Positions 35,858 through 48,168 are shown, counted from the whole stretch's first letter. The stretch is 62,219 nt of DNA, filler included, from Globobulimina sp. (GCA_003354225.1; 22 parts of 22 records of this genome joined end to end with filler, not necessarily neighbours in it), one strand, 5' to 3'. Notes: generated from the sequence alone by a model not told the origin. Made by a program: numbers and translations.

Positions 35858-36742
35858 TCAAGTGCTATGTTTCTTTGGAAGAATGCATTTCCATGCCGGA
35901 CATAACCAATCCTCGCATTTATTTGTAAAGTATTCCTGATTAACATTTTCCCATTGAAATAAATCCTCACATCCAAACACTGTAATACCATGAATAAATA
36001 TTGCAATTAAGCATGCTTGCGCCACATACGATGCTTTGTCTGATGATCTGCAGATCACTGACATCACCAATGCATAATAATGATGATGAATATGAATACG
36101 TATATATTTTGAGGCAAATATTATCATAATCCATTGGATAAGGCCTAAAACAATAATTCCACCAAAATATAATCCGCGCGTCAAAACAGAACGATTATAC
36201 GCGACATGACAATTGCGGACCAAAATGTAGCTCACTAAAATAAAAAACGGGACACACAATACCAGCGATAATATATTGGTTATCCCTTTGCCGCCAATCT
36301 CAATGCTTGGACAACTTTGGTAAGTCACAGTATATGTTATTAAAAAGTAAATTACATAGCAAATAAAACTTTTCTTTGTTTCACGATCTCCAAACCGATT
36401 AGCAATATTCCCCAGAATGTAAATTAAAAAAGAACGTATGCATAATTCCATTATGTCCTGGCAATCACTGGCGGTGTATTTGAAGGCGCGTTTCCAATCA
36501 AGATAGTTGACAGAGGAACGAACGAGCATATAACTGACAATCATCAGGCCAAACCATTACAAAATGTTTGATAGTTTCAATACTTTCTCTATTGGTTCCA
36601 TTTTTAATTCATGCAATTGTTCAGTCTCATCCTCAAACAATTGCAATGTTTTATGCACTTTAATTCTAAAACAACTTTGCCGAACACGGTTAAGATCGAC
36701 CATTACCCAATAAAATGATGGAAATACAAGAAGCAAATATCC
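35858..36742 (-). CDS. Multi-pass membrane protein with HIHHHY motif, 5' truncated
   Basis: Several TM helices and the His-rich motif IHIHHHYY. Confidence 0.6.
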
Positions 36743-36929
36743 NNNNNNNNNNNNNNNNNNNNNNNNNNNNNNNNNNNNNNNNNNNNTTAATTAATTAANN
36801 NNNNNNNNNNNNNNNNNNNNNNNNNNNNNNNNNNNNNNNNNNCAAGTTTTACGAATATTACAAAACAATATATAAGACATTGTTCAACAAAACACACTAT
36901 ACCCAATATTGTTTTGATATGATATAGAA

Positions 36930-36993
36930 TTCGAATACTAGGTCAACTTTGAATACTAGGATTCGAATACTAGGTCAACTTCGAATACTAGGT
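36930..36993. repeat. Short tandem repeat (TTCGAATACTAGG core x4)
   Basis: Four copies of GAATACTAGG with TCAAC or A spacers. Confidence 0.85.
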
Positions 36994-37346
36994 TGAAAAC
37001 CACTCTAGCTAACCCAAAAACCTTGCCAATCACAAAAGAAGTGTTTAGAAGTGTAAGCCTAAAAAGTCAATTGAATTGAACCACGCAAAAAGAAACGGAC
37101 ACAAATGAAAAAAAGTTAAGAAGCTATACAACTACTTTCCCTATAGATTGGTTGCGGGGGATTTATTTTCAGATAGTTAAGATTGGTGATAATGGAACCA
37201 CCATCTTCCAGCAGTGCAACGATGCTCCGAAACCAAATCTACATGGGAAGTAATCATGTGGTTTCTTAACTTTCTTTCATACATACAACAATCTGAGACA
37301 TCTAAAAATTAACAAAACCATCTAAAAAAACATGAGATTGATAACT

Positions 37347-38756
37347 TTACATATATATCTCAGTTAACTTTAATCGAGAATGAGAGTGACTTATTAATTT
37401 TACTAATTCGTGAATAACTTTACTGTATAAATCAAATAATTCTACCGGTGTAATATTAACATTATTCATAAAATAATTAAAATTGGACATTACTGAAACT
37501 AATTCATTCTTTTGTCCATATGATATATTTATTTGCAAGTCGTTGTTTTGAATATATTTTAAATATAAAATAACGGAACGAATTTTGAACTGATTCATTT
37601 TGTCTTTTTCATCAAATTGCACAGATACACTGCAATTATATTCATTTAAAATATCATTAATGTTGTCATGGTAAACAATAAATGATTTAACCAATTCATC
37701 ATTGCTTAATAATGATTTCTGTAGCTGAGTTAACAGCATTTTTTCACCATATTCATCCATGTATTGCTGCTTAATGGCATGTTGAAGCTGAGTGAGTTCA
37801 ATGTAGCATAAAAGTGTCTCCATACTCCATTCTTTGGATAAGTGTTTCATAAAAAGTTCAAATGTGTTGGGGTTTGATAATGTATTTTTTAGATTTCCGT
37901 CTGTTGCGCTTATTGATTCGTCTTTGTTTCCAATTGATATTTGCCGCAATATGAAACCGGTTTGAATGTAAGAAAATAGAAATTCACAAATGGTGGTAAA
38001 TATATAATCAAATACAACCAGCACCAATTTACCGTAGAAGTATGGCAATACACTGGAAACTGCGACATATAAAAGCAAAACCATCAAAATAACGATAAAT
38101 AACATCTTTAACTCTTTGATAATGTAAAACGTATCATTGAATTTGCGAATATTCCAAAACAGCGGAATTATACCTAACACGCCGATATTTGCAATGATCA
38201 CCGTTAGAATAACAAAGCAATGCAAAAGTGGTACACCAGTTAAAACGGTCGCAGCTATCACAAGGAGCACATACAAAGTGCATACTCGCAGTAAACACCA
38301 TTTCTCATTTCCAAATGTCGATTTATGTGCGATAAACCAGTCTTTTTTTGTATTTGTAGGATTTATATGAATTTCCCATTGTTTATTCAAGGACGAGCGG
38401 GCCCAGTTTACGTCATAATAAATCATCCAATATCTTAATAATATGATCCAATTCGGGCCTACGAGGAGTAACAAATATGCTGCAAAGCCCACGTAAAATA
38501 AAGCAACGACTGATTTGTTTGGATGATAAGGACCTGCAGTCTCTGAAACTGCGTATGTTAAAATGTAAAGCCAATGGGTAGCGAAATGAAGTATGTTTAA
38601 TGTTGAATATACTAAAGTTAATGTCGGATATCGTTTTTGTATGATAATATTCTGTCGATTTATGTAAAAGTTGTATGCCCACCAACAACAAATTGGAATA
38701 ATTGTCAGCCAAACTATTCCTCCCAATGTTATAGTGACAACAAATTTTGAATCCAT
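37347..38756 (-). CDS. 7TM-RGS protein
   Basis: Seven hydrophobic segments (IQKRYP, DTFYIIKEL) followed by an RGS box: FELFMKHLSKEWSMETLL...YLKYI...LQINISY. Confidence 0.85.
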   Translation of the reverse strand: MDSKFVVTITLGGIVWLTIIPICCWWAYNFYINRQNIIIQKRYPTLTLVYSTLNILHFATHWLYILTYAVSETAGPYHPNKSVVALFYVGFAAYLLLLVGPNWIILLRYWMIYYDVNWARSSLNKQWEIHINPTNTKKDWFIAHKSTFGNEKWCLLRVCTLYVLLVIAATVLTGVPLLHCFVILTVIIANIGVLGIIPLFWNIRKFNDTFYIIKELKMLFIVILMVLLLYVAVSSVLPYFYGKLVLVVFDYIFTTICEFLFSYIQTGFILRQISIGNKDESISATDGNLKNTLSNPNTFELFMKHLSKEWSMETLLCYIELTQLQHAIKQQYMDEYGEKMLLTQLQKSLLSNDELVKSFIVYHDNINDILNEYNCSVSVQFDEKDKMNQFKIRSVILYLKYIQNNDLQINISYGQKNELVSVMSNFNYFMNNVNITPVELFDLYSKVIHELVKLISHSHSRLKLTEIYM

Positions 38757-38808
38757 CAATAACAAATTTTTGCAAAAACTACGAACTGAAATTAATTACC
38801 GCTACACA

Positions 38809-39574
38809 ATGACATCATCACACAATCCTGAAAAAAAACTACTAACAACGCGCAGGCTATTGGCTGTATTCTTTGTTCAACTGAATGAAGCATATCAAAT
38901 ATCTGTCCTACTACCTATTGTCGTGTATGTTATACAGTATAATAAATACAGTCTATTACGAATAAATCGGAAAAATTCTCCATACATTATATCTCCATAC
39001 ATTTAGAGCCGCAACGCAACAAATACAAAATTAACCATATAACAGCTTTATGTGTCGAGATTTTGGTATATCACCCCAATGGCTTGGAGTCTACACATCA
39101 GTGTTAAACGCATCCTTTGGTTTCTGTCAGTTTTTAGTGTCATATTTATGGGGTTATATGAGTGATATCCATGGTAGACGTCTGATATTAATGTTTGGTT
39201 TGATGGGTACATTTGCATCAATGACAGTTTTCGGTTTTTCAACTTCCTATATAATGGCTATGATATCCAGATGTTTGACTGGCTTTTTCAATGGTAATTT
39301 GGGCGTAGTTAAAGCTTATTTGGCTGACATCACTGATTCATCCAACCGTGGCTATGCATTCAGTATTATAGGCGTGTCCTTTGGAGCTGGCATCATTTTG
39401 GGTTCTATGTTAGGCGGTTTATTGGTGGTGACCAACGAGGTCGATGTGCCTAATGATGAATATATAAAAACAACATCGATATTACAATGGTGGATCTTTG
39501 AAAAGCAGTTTCCGTTTTTGTTACCAACTGCCATTTGTGGCGGCGTAATATCACTAAATGCATTTTTATGGACG
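38809..39574 (+). CDS. MFS transporter (DHA1/ZIFL-like), intron 38925-39045, 3' truncated
   Basis: Motif A WGYMSDIHGRR; RCLTGFFNGNLGVVKAYLADITD. Confidence 0.9.
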
Positions 39575-39850
39575 NNNNNNNNNNNNNNNNNNNNNNNNNN
39601 NNNNNNNNNNNNNNNNNNTTAATTAATTAANNNNNNNNNNNNNNNNNNNNNNNNNNNNNNNNNNNNNNNNNNNNATTTTAGTTAATTAAGATGGCATACA
39701 TGCTTCATTGCTTTCTTTATTTCCCATCCTTTTCTATGTTTGAAGTACACCAATACAAAAATAACCTAGTTATTATCATACATTAAATAAGCATCACAGT
39801 CACAGGCAAGACAAATATTATTTCAGTTTCTAGGGTATATAATATGAGTG

Positions 39851-41146
39851 ATGAAACATTCTAAAGTGTTTATTCCGTCGCTTTTGATGTTTATCCTTAT
39901 CACAATTATTTACATTTTCATTACATTATTTAATGCCCGCAGTATATCATCATCGCTAACTGATCATGAACAGTCCCTATATGTAACAATGAATGATGAT
40001 AACAATAAAAACATCAATTATTCTGAGTGTCCGCACAATTTTGTTATACCAGATTGCTCCGTTGATATGTTCAAATATTTCACAGATCTGGGACTTCCAA
40101 ACAATTGTAATCCTGCAAATTGTAGCAACTGTCTTCCACCAAACACAATTCACAAACAACTGAATCACATTCATACATCGTGGCGTAATGCGTATGAAAG
40201 TACAAAATCTCAACGACAGTCAGATTTATTAGCATTGCTGCAATCACATAATCTCAATCCAAATACAAATAACAATCCAATTGTTTTCATCGTATTGAAT
40301 TATGGATTTGTTTACATTTTTTATAATTGGGTTTGTAGTTTGGATTACAATCAACTCCGTTTTATCAGAAACAAAACCATTATAATTCCGTCTGATGATA
40401 AAGCCAAAGAATTTGTGCAAAAGGCTGGATTTAATATTATTTTCGACATAAATTGGATGCCAAATGAACTGCGAAAAACTGAAATTCGCGAGAATTCAAA
40501 CATTTATTTTGGAGCTGGCTTTTATTCCATGTTAATGCTGCAAATGATAACCTTGTCAGATTTAATCGAGTTGGGATATGATGTGTTAATGTCAGATTGT
40601 GATATTATTTGGAAACGAGATGTTTTATCATATTTTACCGACATCGCACATCCATTGATTGACATTTGGACCATGTTTGCGCCGCGTTGGGATGTCAAAG
40701 GGTTTGGAAATACAGGAACCATATTTATGAAAAGCAATTGCAAAACAGTCACTTTTATGACTACAATGATGCAATACATTTCATTTATTTTTAAAAGAGG
40801 GGACCAAGGAGCTTTTAATTTTTTTATTAATTGGAAACCTTTTCGACAAATTATTTTCAAAATATTGGATCAAAAATTGTTTATTGGCGGATTGGATATA
40901 ACCGTGGATAGAACCGCAAGTACTGACTTTTATATGATCCATGCTTTTGGTGTTGCTGACCATTTTGACAAAATTTATAAATTCCATATCGTGGATCAGT
41001 GGTATTTCAATGAGGAAAGATGTCCGCATCTATTTGACCGCTCGTTATTGCCTCATATTGATGACAGAGATCAAAGCTATAGAAATAGGAAGACCTCTGA
41101 TTATTTGATCATTCATGAGTTGGTCAGATTTAATGAAACATTATGA
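39851..41146 (+). CDS. Nucleotide-diphospho-sugar transferase (GT77-like), type II membrane
   Basis: N-terminal TM, FYNW, GYDVLMSDCDIIW (DxD), NTG, DQ and terminal HA motif. Confidence 0.85.
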   Translation: MKHSKVFIPSLLMFILITIIYIFITLFNARSISSSLTDHEQSLYVTMNDDNNKNINYSECPHNFVIPDCSVDMFKYFTDLGLPNNCNPANCSNCLPPNTIHKQLNHIHTSWRNAYESTKSQRQSDLLALLQSHNLNPNTNNNPIVFIVLNYGFVYIFYNWVCSLDYNQLRFIRNKTIIIPSDDKAKEFVQKAGFNIIFDINWMPNELRKTEIRENSNIYFGAGFYSMLMLQMITLSDLIELGYDVLMSDCDIIWKRDVLSYFTDIAHPLIDIWTMFAPRWDVKGFGNTGTIFMKSNCKTVTFMTTMMQYISFIFKRGDQGAFNFFINWKPFRQIIFKILDQKLFIGGLDITVDRTASTDFYMIHAFGVADHFDKIYKFHIVDQWYFNEERCPHLFDRSLLPHIDDRDQSYRNRKTSDYLIIHELVRFNETL

Positions 41147-41214
41147 TTTATATAGTTTTTGTCAGTTCGGAAAATAAACTTTTCTTCTCTAGTCACTGCA
41201 GTATTGATCATGTC

Positions 41215-42406
41215 ATGAATCGAGAGGCGGTGGTCCATTCCGTTGGATATTCAGCAAACACGGGACCAGCACATGCACCATACGACCATACAAAGCTGAA
41301 AGGTCCTAAGAATCTTAAACACCAACCTTCAAAACCTCTTATCAATAATCATCAGCATCGTAATCATTACAGCAAGAATAACACAAAAAATTTAACATTA
41401 AACGCAGAAATAATTAGTAACAGCAATGGCCACACTGCACACAGTCAGCACCCTCAATTAATGCGAACAACCACATCATCGCCGCACACGGCAATGCGTG
41501 ATGAGCCCGATGCATTATCCGTGTCCTCACTGTCATTGACACCCTCTCCATCGCCGCAGGCATATCACACAAATTACCATAACATATACAAGCGGCATAC
41601 CTATAAATACGATAATAAATACAATAAAAAAGGACTGATTCCACTATACTTAATCTACGGTTTTATTCGTGGAATCTACGCAAACAACGATACAATATTT
41701 TATTACCAACCTATAACTCAACTAATTCTGTTGTATTTTGATGATAATAAATTTGACGAATCCGTCTCTTTTGGGGGCAAACAGCACGGCTCATTCGTAT
41801 GGAAATTAGCCACCTTACACTTAATCACTGCGACGCAAATCGATAGCATTCCCTTCCAAATCGGCTCATTCTTATGGCATTTATCCATATTTCCGTACGG
41901 CATCGACGAGGAACACATTAATTTTACTAATTTATACATAAATCTCTCTGCCAATATCTTCTTCTCCATTTACGAATTAGTTATAAATGCGCGTTTATAT
42001 TGCATAGAAACCAAATCTTGTTGGTCTTCCATCAAAACCTTCAAAACAGCGCATGATTATCATGGATGGCAAAAAGGGGCACTCAAAATCACGGAAGTGA
42101 CGCGATTTAAGTATTTGACATTCATTGTCTATATAAATATTCTTAAAATACGCTCTCGGAAAGCATTATTATACCAATATCCATTATGCATCTCTTCCGT
42201 GAATAAGTTCACAATCAAATGGAAGATCGACAAGTTATTGATGATGGATTTGAAGCGCGCCAATGAGATGAAGCGATTTGAGAGCGACATCGTGCACAAT
42301 ATGTGGGTGTTGGGCTGCGTTCCAAATGGGATCAAAAAAGATAACGAATCGTGTGTATTTAAAATATATTTGAAATTATGTGCCTTACCACCAAATATCA
42401 CCAAAA
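41215..42406 (+). CDS. MATH/TRAF-domain protein, 3' truncated
   Basis: FVWKL...SIPFQIGSFLWHLSIFPYG...YHGW and a second repeat IKWKI...WVLGCVPNG. Confidence 0.8.
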
Positions 42407-42506
42407 NNNNNNNNNNNNNNNNNNNNNNNNNNNNNNNNNNNNNNNNNNNNTTAATTAATTAANNNNNNNNNNNNNNNNNNNNNNNNNNNNNNNNNNNNNN
42501 NNNNNN

Positions 42507-42888
42507 TTAATTAACCATCTTTAGACTTGATGTTAATCCTGAAAACGGGAAGGCATTGGATGGCAAACTTGAGATAAAAAGGAACATTTTGAGGATATTA
42601 TTGATTTAGCTAAGTTGCGGCATTGCAATGATAGTGCCAGATTTTGAAAAATTAACTGCTTTGACCGGTGCGTTTGGCAACAATGCATTGGGATTGATAT
42701 TGCCGCCAATTATGTATTTTAAATTGGTAAAATTAAAAAATAAGACTCCGAGTACGCGTAATCGTGTACAAGGTGCAAAAGCTATAGAAATTAAATTATT
42801 GGATAGGATTATTGGTTATTTTACTACGGGATTTGGAATAGTAATGATGCTATTATGCACTTATACATTTGTCGAATCATTTTTGTAA
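42507..42888 (+). CDS. Amino-acid transporter (Aa_trans, SLC36/38-like) C-terminus with an in-frame TAG at 42607
   Basis: RNILRILLI*LSCGIAMIVPDF...GAFGNNALGLILPPIMY. Confidence 0.75.
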
Positions 42889-42955
42889 ACAACATTGACA
42901 CGAATTTGAATACACACTAATTAATTATGTACAGTAATATATTTGTCGTCGTAAC

Positions 42956-43017
42956 AACGCTATATTTAGGCTCTAAACGCTATGTTTAGGCTCTATCAAC
43001 GCTATATTTAGGCTCTA
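42956..43017. repeat. 20-bp tandem repeat x3 (AACGCTATATTTAGGCTCTA)
   Basis: Copies at 42956, 42976 and 42998. Confidence 0.9.
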
Positions 43018-43166
43018 GCAACGTTCATTGAAGTGAGGATCTAAATGACTTCAAAGTCAATTTTGCATTTTGTAGAAGTTGATGTTTGTGTCACATTTGA
43101 GGACAGGAAAGATTTTGGACTTTTATTAAGAAGGAACACATTGCATTATTTTCGTCAAATCCAAGA

Positions 43167-44321
43167 GTGTTTTTAAATTCATTATTATGTGTTTACCCAA
43201 TATCAGTAATCAAAAAAATTATAAAAATTACAACTTGTCAATATATTGACAATGATTCAGATGCGATTGTATGGTTATTACAAAAACGAGGAAGAATATA
43301 TTTTAATTCGAGTAAAAATCGTGATCGAGATACAAAAATGTGGGCAAAATGGAAAAATCAGTTAATTAAATCATTACAACAGCATAAAATAATAAATGAT
43401 TCTTTACACCACCATCATTCTCGTAAACTAATAATAAAACACGGTCAATGTTACTGTGGTAAAACAACTGAAAGTTGCAATAGCATTTTTTTTCAATTTA
43501 AATCATGGAAGTTGCCATCACGAAATTTAACATATATTGATCTTAAACATGCGCAGCATTTTCTATATGATAAAAATGAGCGTGCTCCACAAAAAGCTGT
43601 TGAATTATATACAAAAACAGTACAAAATGCATTGTGTGGTAAAATTCCGATTACAATTGAATGGATTTATAATTTAATTCATTTTGTACTGAATGGATAT
43701 TGGCGAGTTATTTTAGTATTGATATTAACTAAAAATAAAGAAAAAACGAGTCCTAAATATTGGGAACAAGGTGGATATGGATATGGATCAACATTTAAAC
43801 AATGGCTTTATTGGTTGGCTTTTGATGAATTTCTGAGACTTGGAATCTATCAAAAAGCTCGTAAATATGGAAAAATAGTAAAACGTTTTGCAAAAAACAA
43901 AGTGAATAATTATCCGGAATCTGCCGTTGAATATAAACAGTTTCTTGATTCTTATTCAAAAATGAAGAATAAATTAAAACAAATTAAATGTTCATATTGC
44001 AATGAACTGTATACGAATAAAAATAGAAAACAAATGTGTTTAGGATGTGGTGAAGCGTATTATTGCAATAAATTCTGTCAAAAAAAGCATTGGAATACAA
44101 AACATCGAACGGAATGTATGACCAGTTTATGTTTTGAAAAACAAGATGTACCACATTTATTACATAAAGTGTTTTATGCGGATGTAAAATATATTGAAAA
44201 TAATGACATCTTTGATAAAAATGGTAATATCAATGAGAGAACAAAATCATTGGTTTTTGACATTATGAAATGGTCCATACCATATCTTCGACAATCATTT
44301 GCAATTTTTAATAATTCATAA
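43167..44321 (+). CDS. MYND zinc-finger protein
   Basis: CSYC...CLGC...YYCNKFCQKKHWNTKHRTEC. Confidence 0.8.
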   Translation: MFLNSLLCVYPISVIKKIIKITTCQYIDNDSDAIVWLLQKRGRIYFNSSKNRDRDTKMWAKWKNQLIKSLQQHKIINDSLHHHHSRKLIIKHGQCYCGKTTESCNSIFFQFKSWKLPSRNLTYIDLKHAQHFLYDKNERAPQKAVELYTKTVQNALCGKIPITIEWIYNLIHFVLNGYWRVILVLILTKNKEKTSPKYWEQGGYGYGSTFKQWLYWLAFDEFLRLGIYQKARKYGKIVKRFAKNKVNNYPESAVEYKQFLDSYSKMKNKLKQIKCSYCNELYTNKNRKQMCLGCGEAYYCNKFCQKKHWNTKHRTECMTSLCFEKQDVPHLLHKVFYADVKYIENNDIFDKNGNINERTKSLVFDIMKWSIPYLRQSFAIFNNS

Positions 44322-44380
44322 TTACAAAACTGTGTTCTATTTCTAGTAACTTTGACATGTACAACCAGCAAGGCGTAGAA

Positions 44381-45237
44381 TTAAACGTTTCTATTTGCAG
44401 TGGGATAACACCAAACGTTTCTATCCGCAAACTTAATTTGATATTTTTGTTTCATTGCAAATATTACTTCACCACACATTTCTGCATCGACTGCCGCATT
44501 GTGCGCATTTTTAGATTTCCCAGTACCGCATAAAAAATCATGCAACGCACTCAATCGAGGACCCCATTTCCTATTTTCATAATATTTTAATTGTCTTTTA
44601 ATTTGTTCATTTGCGCTTCGTACATCTTGAATAAAATTGGCATTTTGTTGTAATCTCTCTAATAAATCAAGACTAAACGTATCAATTACATTGATTTCTT
44701 TTAATATTTTATCTAAACAATTATAAACTGTTTCGGGTGATATTCTTTTGACTTCTGCTAAAATTAAGGTTGAATCAAACACGTATTTGTGGACACCAAT
44801 TGCTCCATCATTTTGATGGATACATTTTAAATCGTCAATAAATTCATTGAGCACCGGCTGAATTAAAACACCTTTTTCTTCTAATAATTGTTGAGTAATG
44901 CCATATTCTCTCATTTGAGATTCATTTACCACCCATTTGATTGGTTTAATGTATTCAGATTTTGTCTGAATTAATTTTCCGTTTTTGGTAAATAAACTCC
45001 ACGCAATTTGCGAAATTCTTGATTGTGGATCAACAGTCATTATCTTCACACCGTTCTCGTCATACTGTCTCCAGCCATTCACTTCCGTATCAAATGTAAT
45101 AAGATATGGTTCTTCTTTTTCATCTATTTGTTGGTTGGCTGGAATTATTTCTTTGCTTTCAGTTTCAGATGGTTCTATTCTTTGTTTTTTAGCAGATGGT
45201 TGATTTATGTTCTCTTCTTTCTCGTGTTTTAAAAAAT
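44381..45237 (-). CDS. DEDDh (DnaQ-like) 3'-5' exonuclease, 5' truncated
   Basis: ExoI YLITFDTEVNG (upstream of the listed ORF start), ExoII HKYVFD, IDT, ExoII/III AHNAAVD. Confidence 0.85.
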
Positions 45238-45645
45238 NNNNNNNNNNNNNNNNNNNNNNNNNNNNNNNNNNNNNNNNNNNNTTAATTAATTAANNNNNNN
45301 NNNNNNNNNNNNNNNNNNNNNNNNNNNNNNNNNNNNNGCTTCCGCGCAAGCTTCATTGCCGGTTAAGAGGTACTTTTTGTTCTTATCAGTTAACGTCATA
45401 AGCTGGTTGTCCCCTCCAGTTTAGTTTTTCTCTTAAAACATCATAGTGAATTTAAGAAATATCCGGTATTTAATGCAATGGATGGATTGATTGCGATGGG
45501 CTGTGCTAAAAAATTTGAATTTAAAGATGATGGATTGCCAAATATGGAGGACATACCATGGCCAACAGAACAGGCCAACAATGGCGCGTATGGCCATCCT
45601 GAGTTGTGATTAATACACAATAAATAATTAAATATAAATAACAAC

Positions 45646-46704
45646 TCACATTATGCAGCAACGTGTGCTTTGTTTTTCAACTATTTCTGTAGCATCGACA
45701 TAAACGCCATCTGATAACAAATGGTTATATTCGGCTTTATTATGAACAATTTGTTCATTTATCTCAATCCAATCACCAATTTCATCACTCTCACTTTTTT
45801 CGCTCTCTTTTTCATCACTAATTTCTTCATTTAATATTATTTGCGTTTGCGACTTTGCTGGTTCTTGCAATTGATAAATGTTGCAAATATCCTTATTATT
45901 ATTGGATTGCAATTGCCACCATTTTGTGATTTGTTTGAATATAACAATCATATGTTGGTCAATTAGGCCCTTTTCCACCGCCCACTGAGGTATCCATCCG
46001 CCATTATTCACTTGCAAAATATAGGTAATCTGCATCAATTTTATGTTTCCATTGTTTTCCGTTTCAATCTGAACTGGTTTGCCACTCCAATATAAATTTA
46101 AAGTTTTCGATTTCACATTTTTCATTTCTTGTGCTGTAATGGATAATTTCTTTTGTAATTGTTTCAGCATCGCTTCTTTCATAAATGTGCCAAAGCAACA
46201 ATATTCATCCATTTTATCGCTATATTTGGAACAAGCGATGTTTACACTCAATCGCGAAGATATCAATCCATTCAGTTTTGGATTAGTAACTGCTACATTT
46301 ATATCATAATCATAATCATCTTCATACTCCATTTCGAATTCAAGCAGAAATTGTTGTAACTTTTGCATTGTATTTAAATCATCATAATCGAAGTGGTACT
46401 TTGGCAGTGTATAACATTTGATTGCGGCTTCGGCTGTCATTGCTGGTATATATGCGACAGCCTTCCATACCTTGAATTTCTTCTTCTTGGCGTCCTCCAA
46501 ACAATGAATTGTTATATCTCGAATATGCCGGTTTCTATCATCATTCACAAGCAATTGTTGGTTGACAACAGTTTTGTGATGTTTCCAATTCTTTTTATAG
46601 TGCGAGCTATGCGTCCATTCGTAAATGCGAGATTCGACAGCATTCAGTGATTCCTTTATCTCTGTTTCATGCTTTTTGCAAAGTTTCAAAGTAAGGTGTG
46701 CCAT
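45646..46704 (-). CDS. START lipid-binding domain protein with C-terminal CaaX
   Basis: NPKLNGLISSR, ITYILQVNNGGWIPQWAV; ends in CCIM. Confidence 0.8.
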   Translation of the reverse strand: MAHLTLKLCKKHETEIKESLNAVESRIYEWTHSSHYKKNWKHHKTVVNQQLLVNDDRNRHIRDITIHCLEDAKKKKFKVWKAVAYIPAMTAEAAIKCYTLPKYHFDYDDLNTMQKLQQFLLEFEMEYEDDYDYDINVAVTNPKLNGLISSRLSVNIACSKYSDKMDEYCCFGTFMKEAMLKQLQKKLSITAQEMKNVKSKTLNLYWSGKPVQIETENNGNIKLMQITYILQVNNGGWIPQWAVEKGLIDQHMIVIFKQITKWWQLQSNNNKDICNIYQLQEPAKSQTQIILNEEISDEKESEKSESDEIGDWIEINEQIVHNKAEYNHLLSDGVYVDATEIVEKQSTRCCIM

Positions 46705-46733
46705 TTTGAGAGAGTACAGTTTTCAATAAGTTT

Positions 46734-48068
46734 TTAAGAATACCTTACAGTGTTGTCATCAACAAACCAATCAAATGGTTGCTCATTGCAATTGATTATA
46801 ACAGACTTGCTTTGCGTATATTCTCTAAATCCATCTAAACCGTTTTCTCTCCCTATTCCACTCATTTTTGTGCCTCCCCACGGCGATGACGGATCATTCC
46901 GATGGTGGTCGTTAATCCAAATAATGCCCACATCCAACTCGTTTGCAATTGTATGTGCTTTTGCAATCGAACTGGTCCATATACTCGCAGCTAAGCCATA
47001 CTTACAATTATTGGCAATCTCAATTGCATCCCTATCGTCTTTAAACTTTACTAAAACAATAACCGGACCAAATATCTCTTCCTGCACCACTCGCATATTT
47101 ACATTGCAATCACCAATTATTGTCGGCTCATAATAAAAGCCATCATTTAATTCCTTATTATCTGCAGATGCTGGTATTTTGCCACCACACAAAATGACCC
47201 CTTCTCCCGATTCGCGCACATCTTCGACGAATCCAATCACTTTGTTCCTCTGTTTCTCATTGATCAGTGGCCCAAATTGTGTGTCCATATTTTGTGGCAG
47301 GCCGCATTTAATTTTCTTTACTTTCTCCACCAACCTATCCACCACCACATCGTAGATACTTTCTTGTATTAATATGCGTGCGCCCATGATACAGGTTTGT
47401 CCGCTCGCGATAAATGAAGAAAATGCGATGCCATTCACACATTGCGTCAACATATTATTATGCACAATATCTGCAAATACAATGACTGGCGTTTTCCCGC
47501 CTAACTCCGCTGTGTAATATGCTAAATTTGCACCAGCCATCGCACCGATCACTTTGCCCGCTTCTGTCCCGGCGGTCACATCAACTTTCTTTATTAAATT
47601 CGATTCGCATAAGGTTTGCGCGCTGCGGTTACCAACACTCGTTATTACGTTAAAGACACCATTTGGGAGACCCGCAGTGCTTAATATCTGTGCGAATTCT
47701 AAAACAGAGCATGGTGCGAATTCGGATGGTTTACAAACAATGCAATTGCCCGTAGCCAGAGCGGGGGCTATTTTTTTAATGGCAATAAGCATTGGATGAT
47801 TAAACGGTGTTATTTGGGCCACAACGCCCAACGGAATACGTTGCACATAGTTGATATAATTGCCTTCGAAGGGCGGCACTGTGCCTTCGAATGTGCGTAT
47901 TAATGAGGCATAATATTCCAACCAATGTGGTAAGCGTTGTAACTGTGCGTTCATCTCACGGATTGGCCTCCCGGTTTGCAGTGATTCCATGTATGCAATA
48001 TCATACACATATTCTTTCAATAAACTAGCTGCCGCATATAATATGTACGATCGTTGACGAATATCCAT
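46734..48068 (-). CDS. Aldehyde dehydrogenase (betaine-aldehyde-DH-like), 5' truncated
   Basis: ITPFNHP, KPSE, AELGGK, ASGQTC, EEIFGPV, PWGGTKMSGIGRE. Confidence 0.95.
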   Translation of the reverse strand: MDIRQRSYILYAAASLLKEYVYDIAYMESLQTGRPIREMNAQLQRLPHWLEYYASLIRTFEGTVPPFEGNYINYVQRIPLGVVAQITPFNHPMLIAIKKIAPALATGNCIVCKPSEFAPCSVLEFAQILSTAGLPNGVFNVITSVGNRSAQTLCESNLIKKVDVTAGTEAGKVIGAMAGANLAYYTAELGGKTPVIVFADIVHNNMLTQCVNGIAFSSFIASGQTCIMGARILIQESIYDVVVDRLVEKVKKIKCGLPQNMDTQFGPLINEKQRNKVIGFVEDVRESGEGVILCGGKIPASADNKELNDGFYYEPTIIGDCNVNMRVVQEEIFGPVIVLVKFKDDRDAIEIANNCKYGLAASIWTSSIAKAHTIANELDVGIIWINDHHRNDPSSPWGGTKMSGIGRENGLDGFREYTQSKSVIINCNEQPFDWFVDDNTVRYS

Positions 48069-48168
48069 NNNNNNNNNNNNNNNNNNNNNNNNNNNNNNNN
48101 NNNNNNNNNNNNTTAATTAATTAANNNNNNNNNNNNNNNNNNNNNNNNNNNNNNNNNNNNNNNNNNNN

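Noticed and set aside
42607-42609. TAG reassignment (alternative genetic code)
   Set aside because: There is one in-frame TAG in a transporter, but long conserved genes (RPN2, ALDH, EndoV, UBC9) have none and some ORFs end in TAG. A nonsense mutation or base error is more likely.
42956-43017. Telomeric repeat
   Set aside because: It contains TTTAGG only as part of a 20-bp unit, is internal and is not a simple telomere array.
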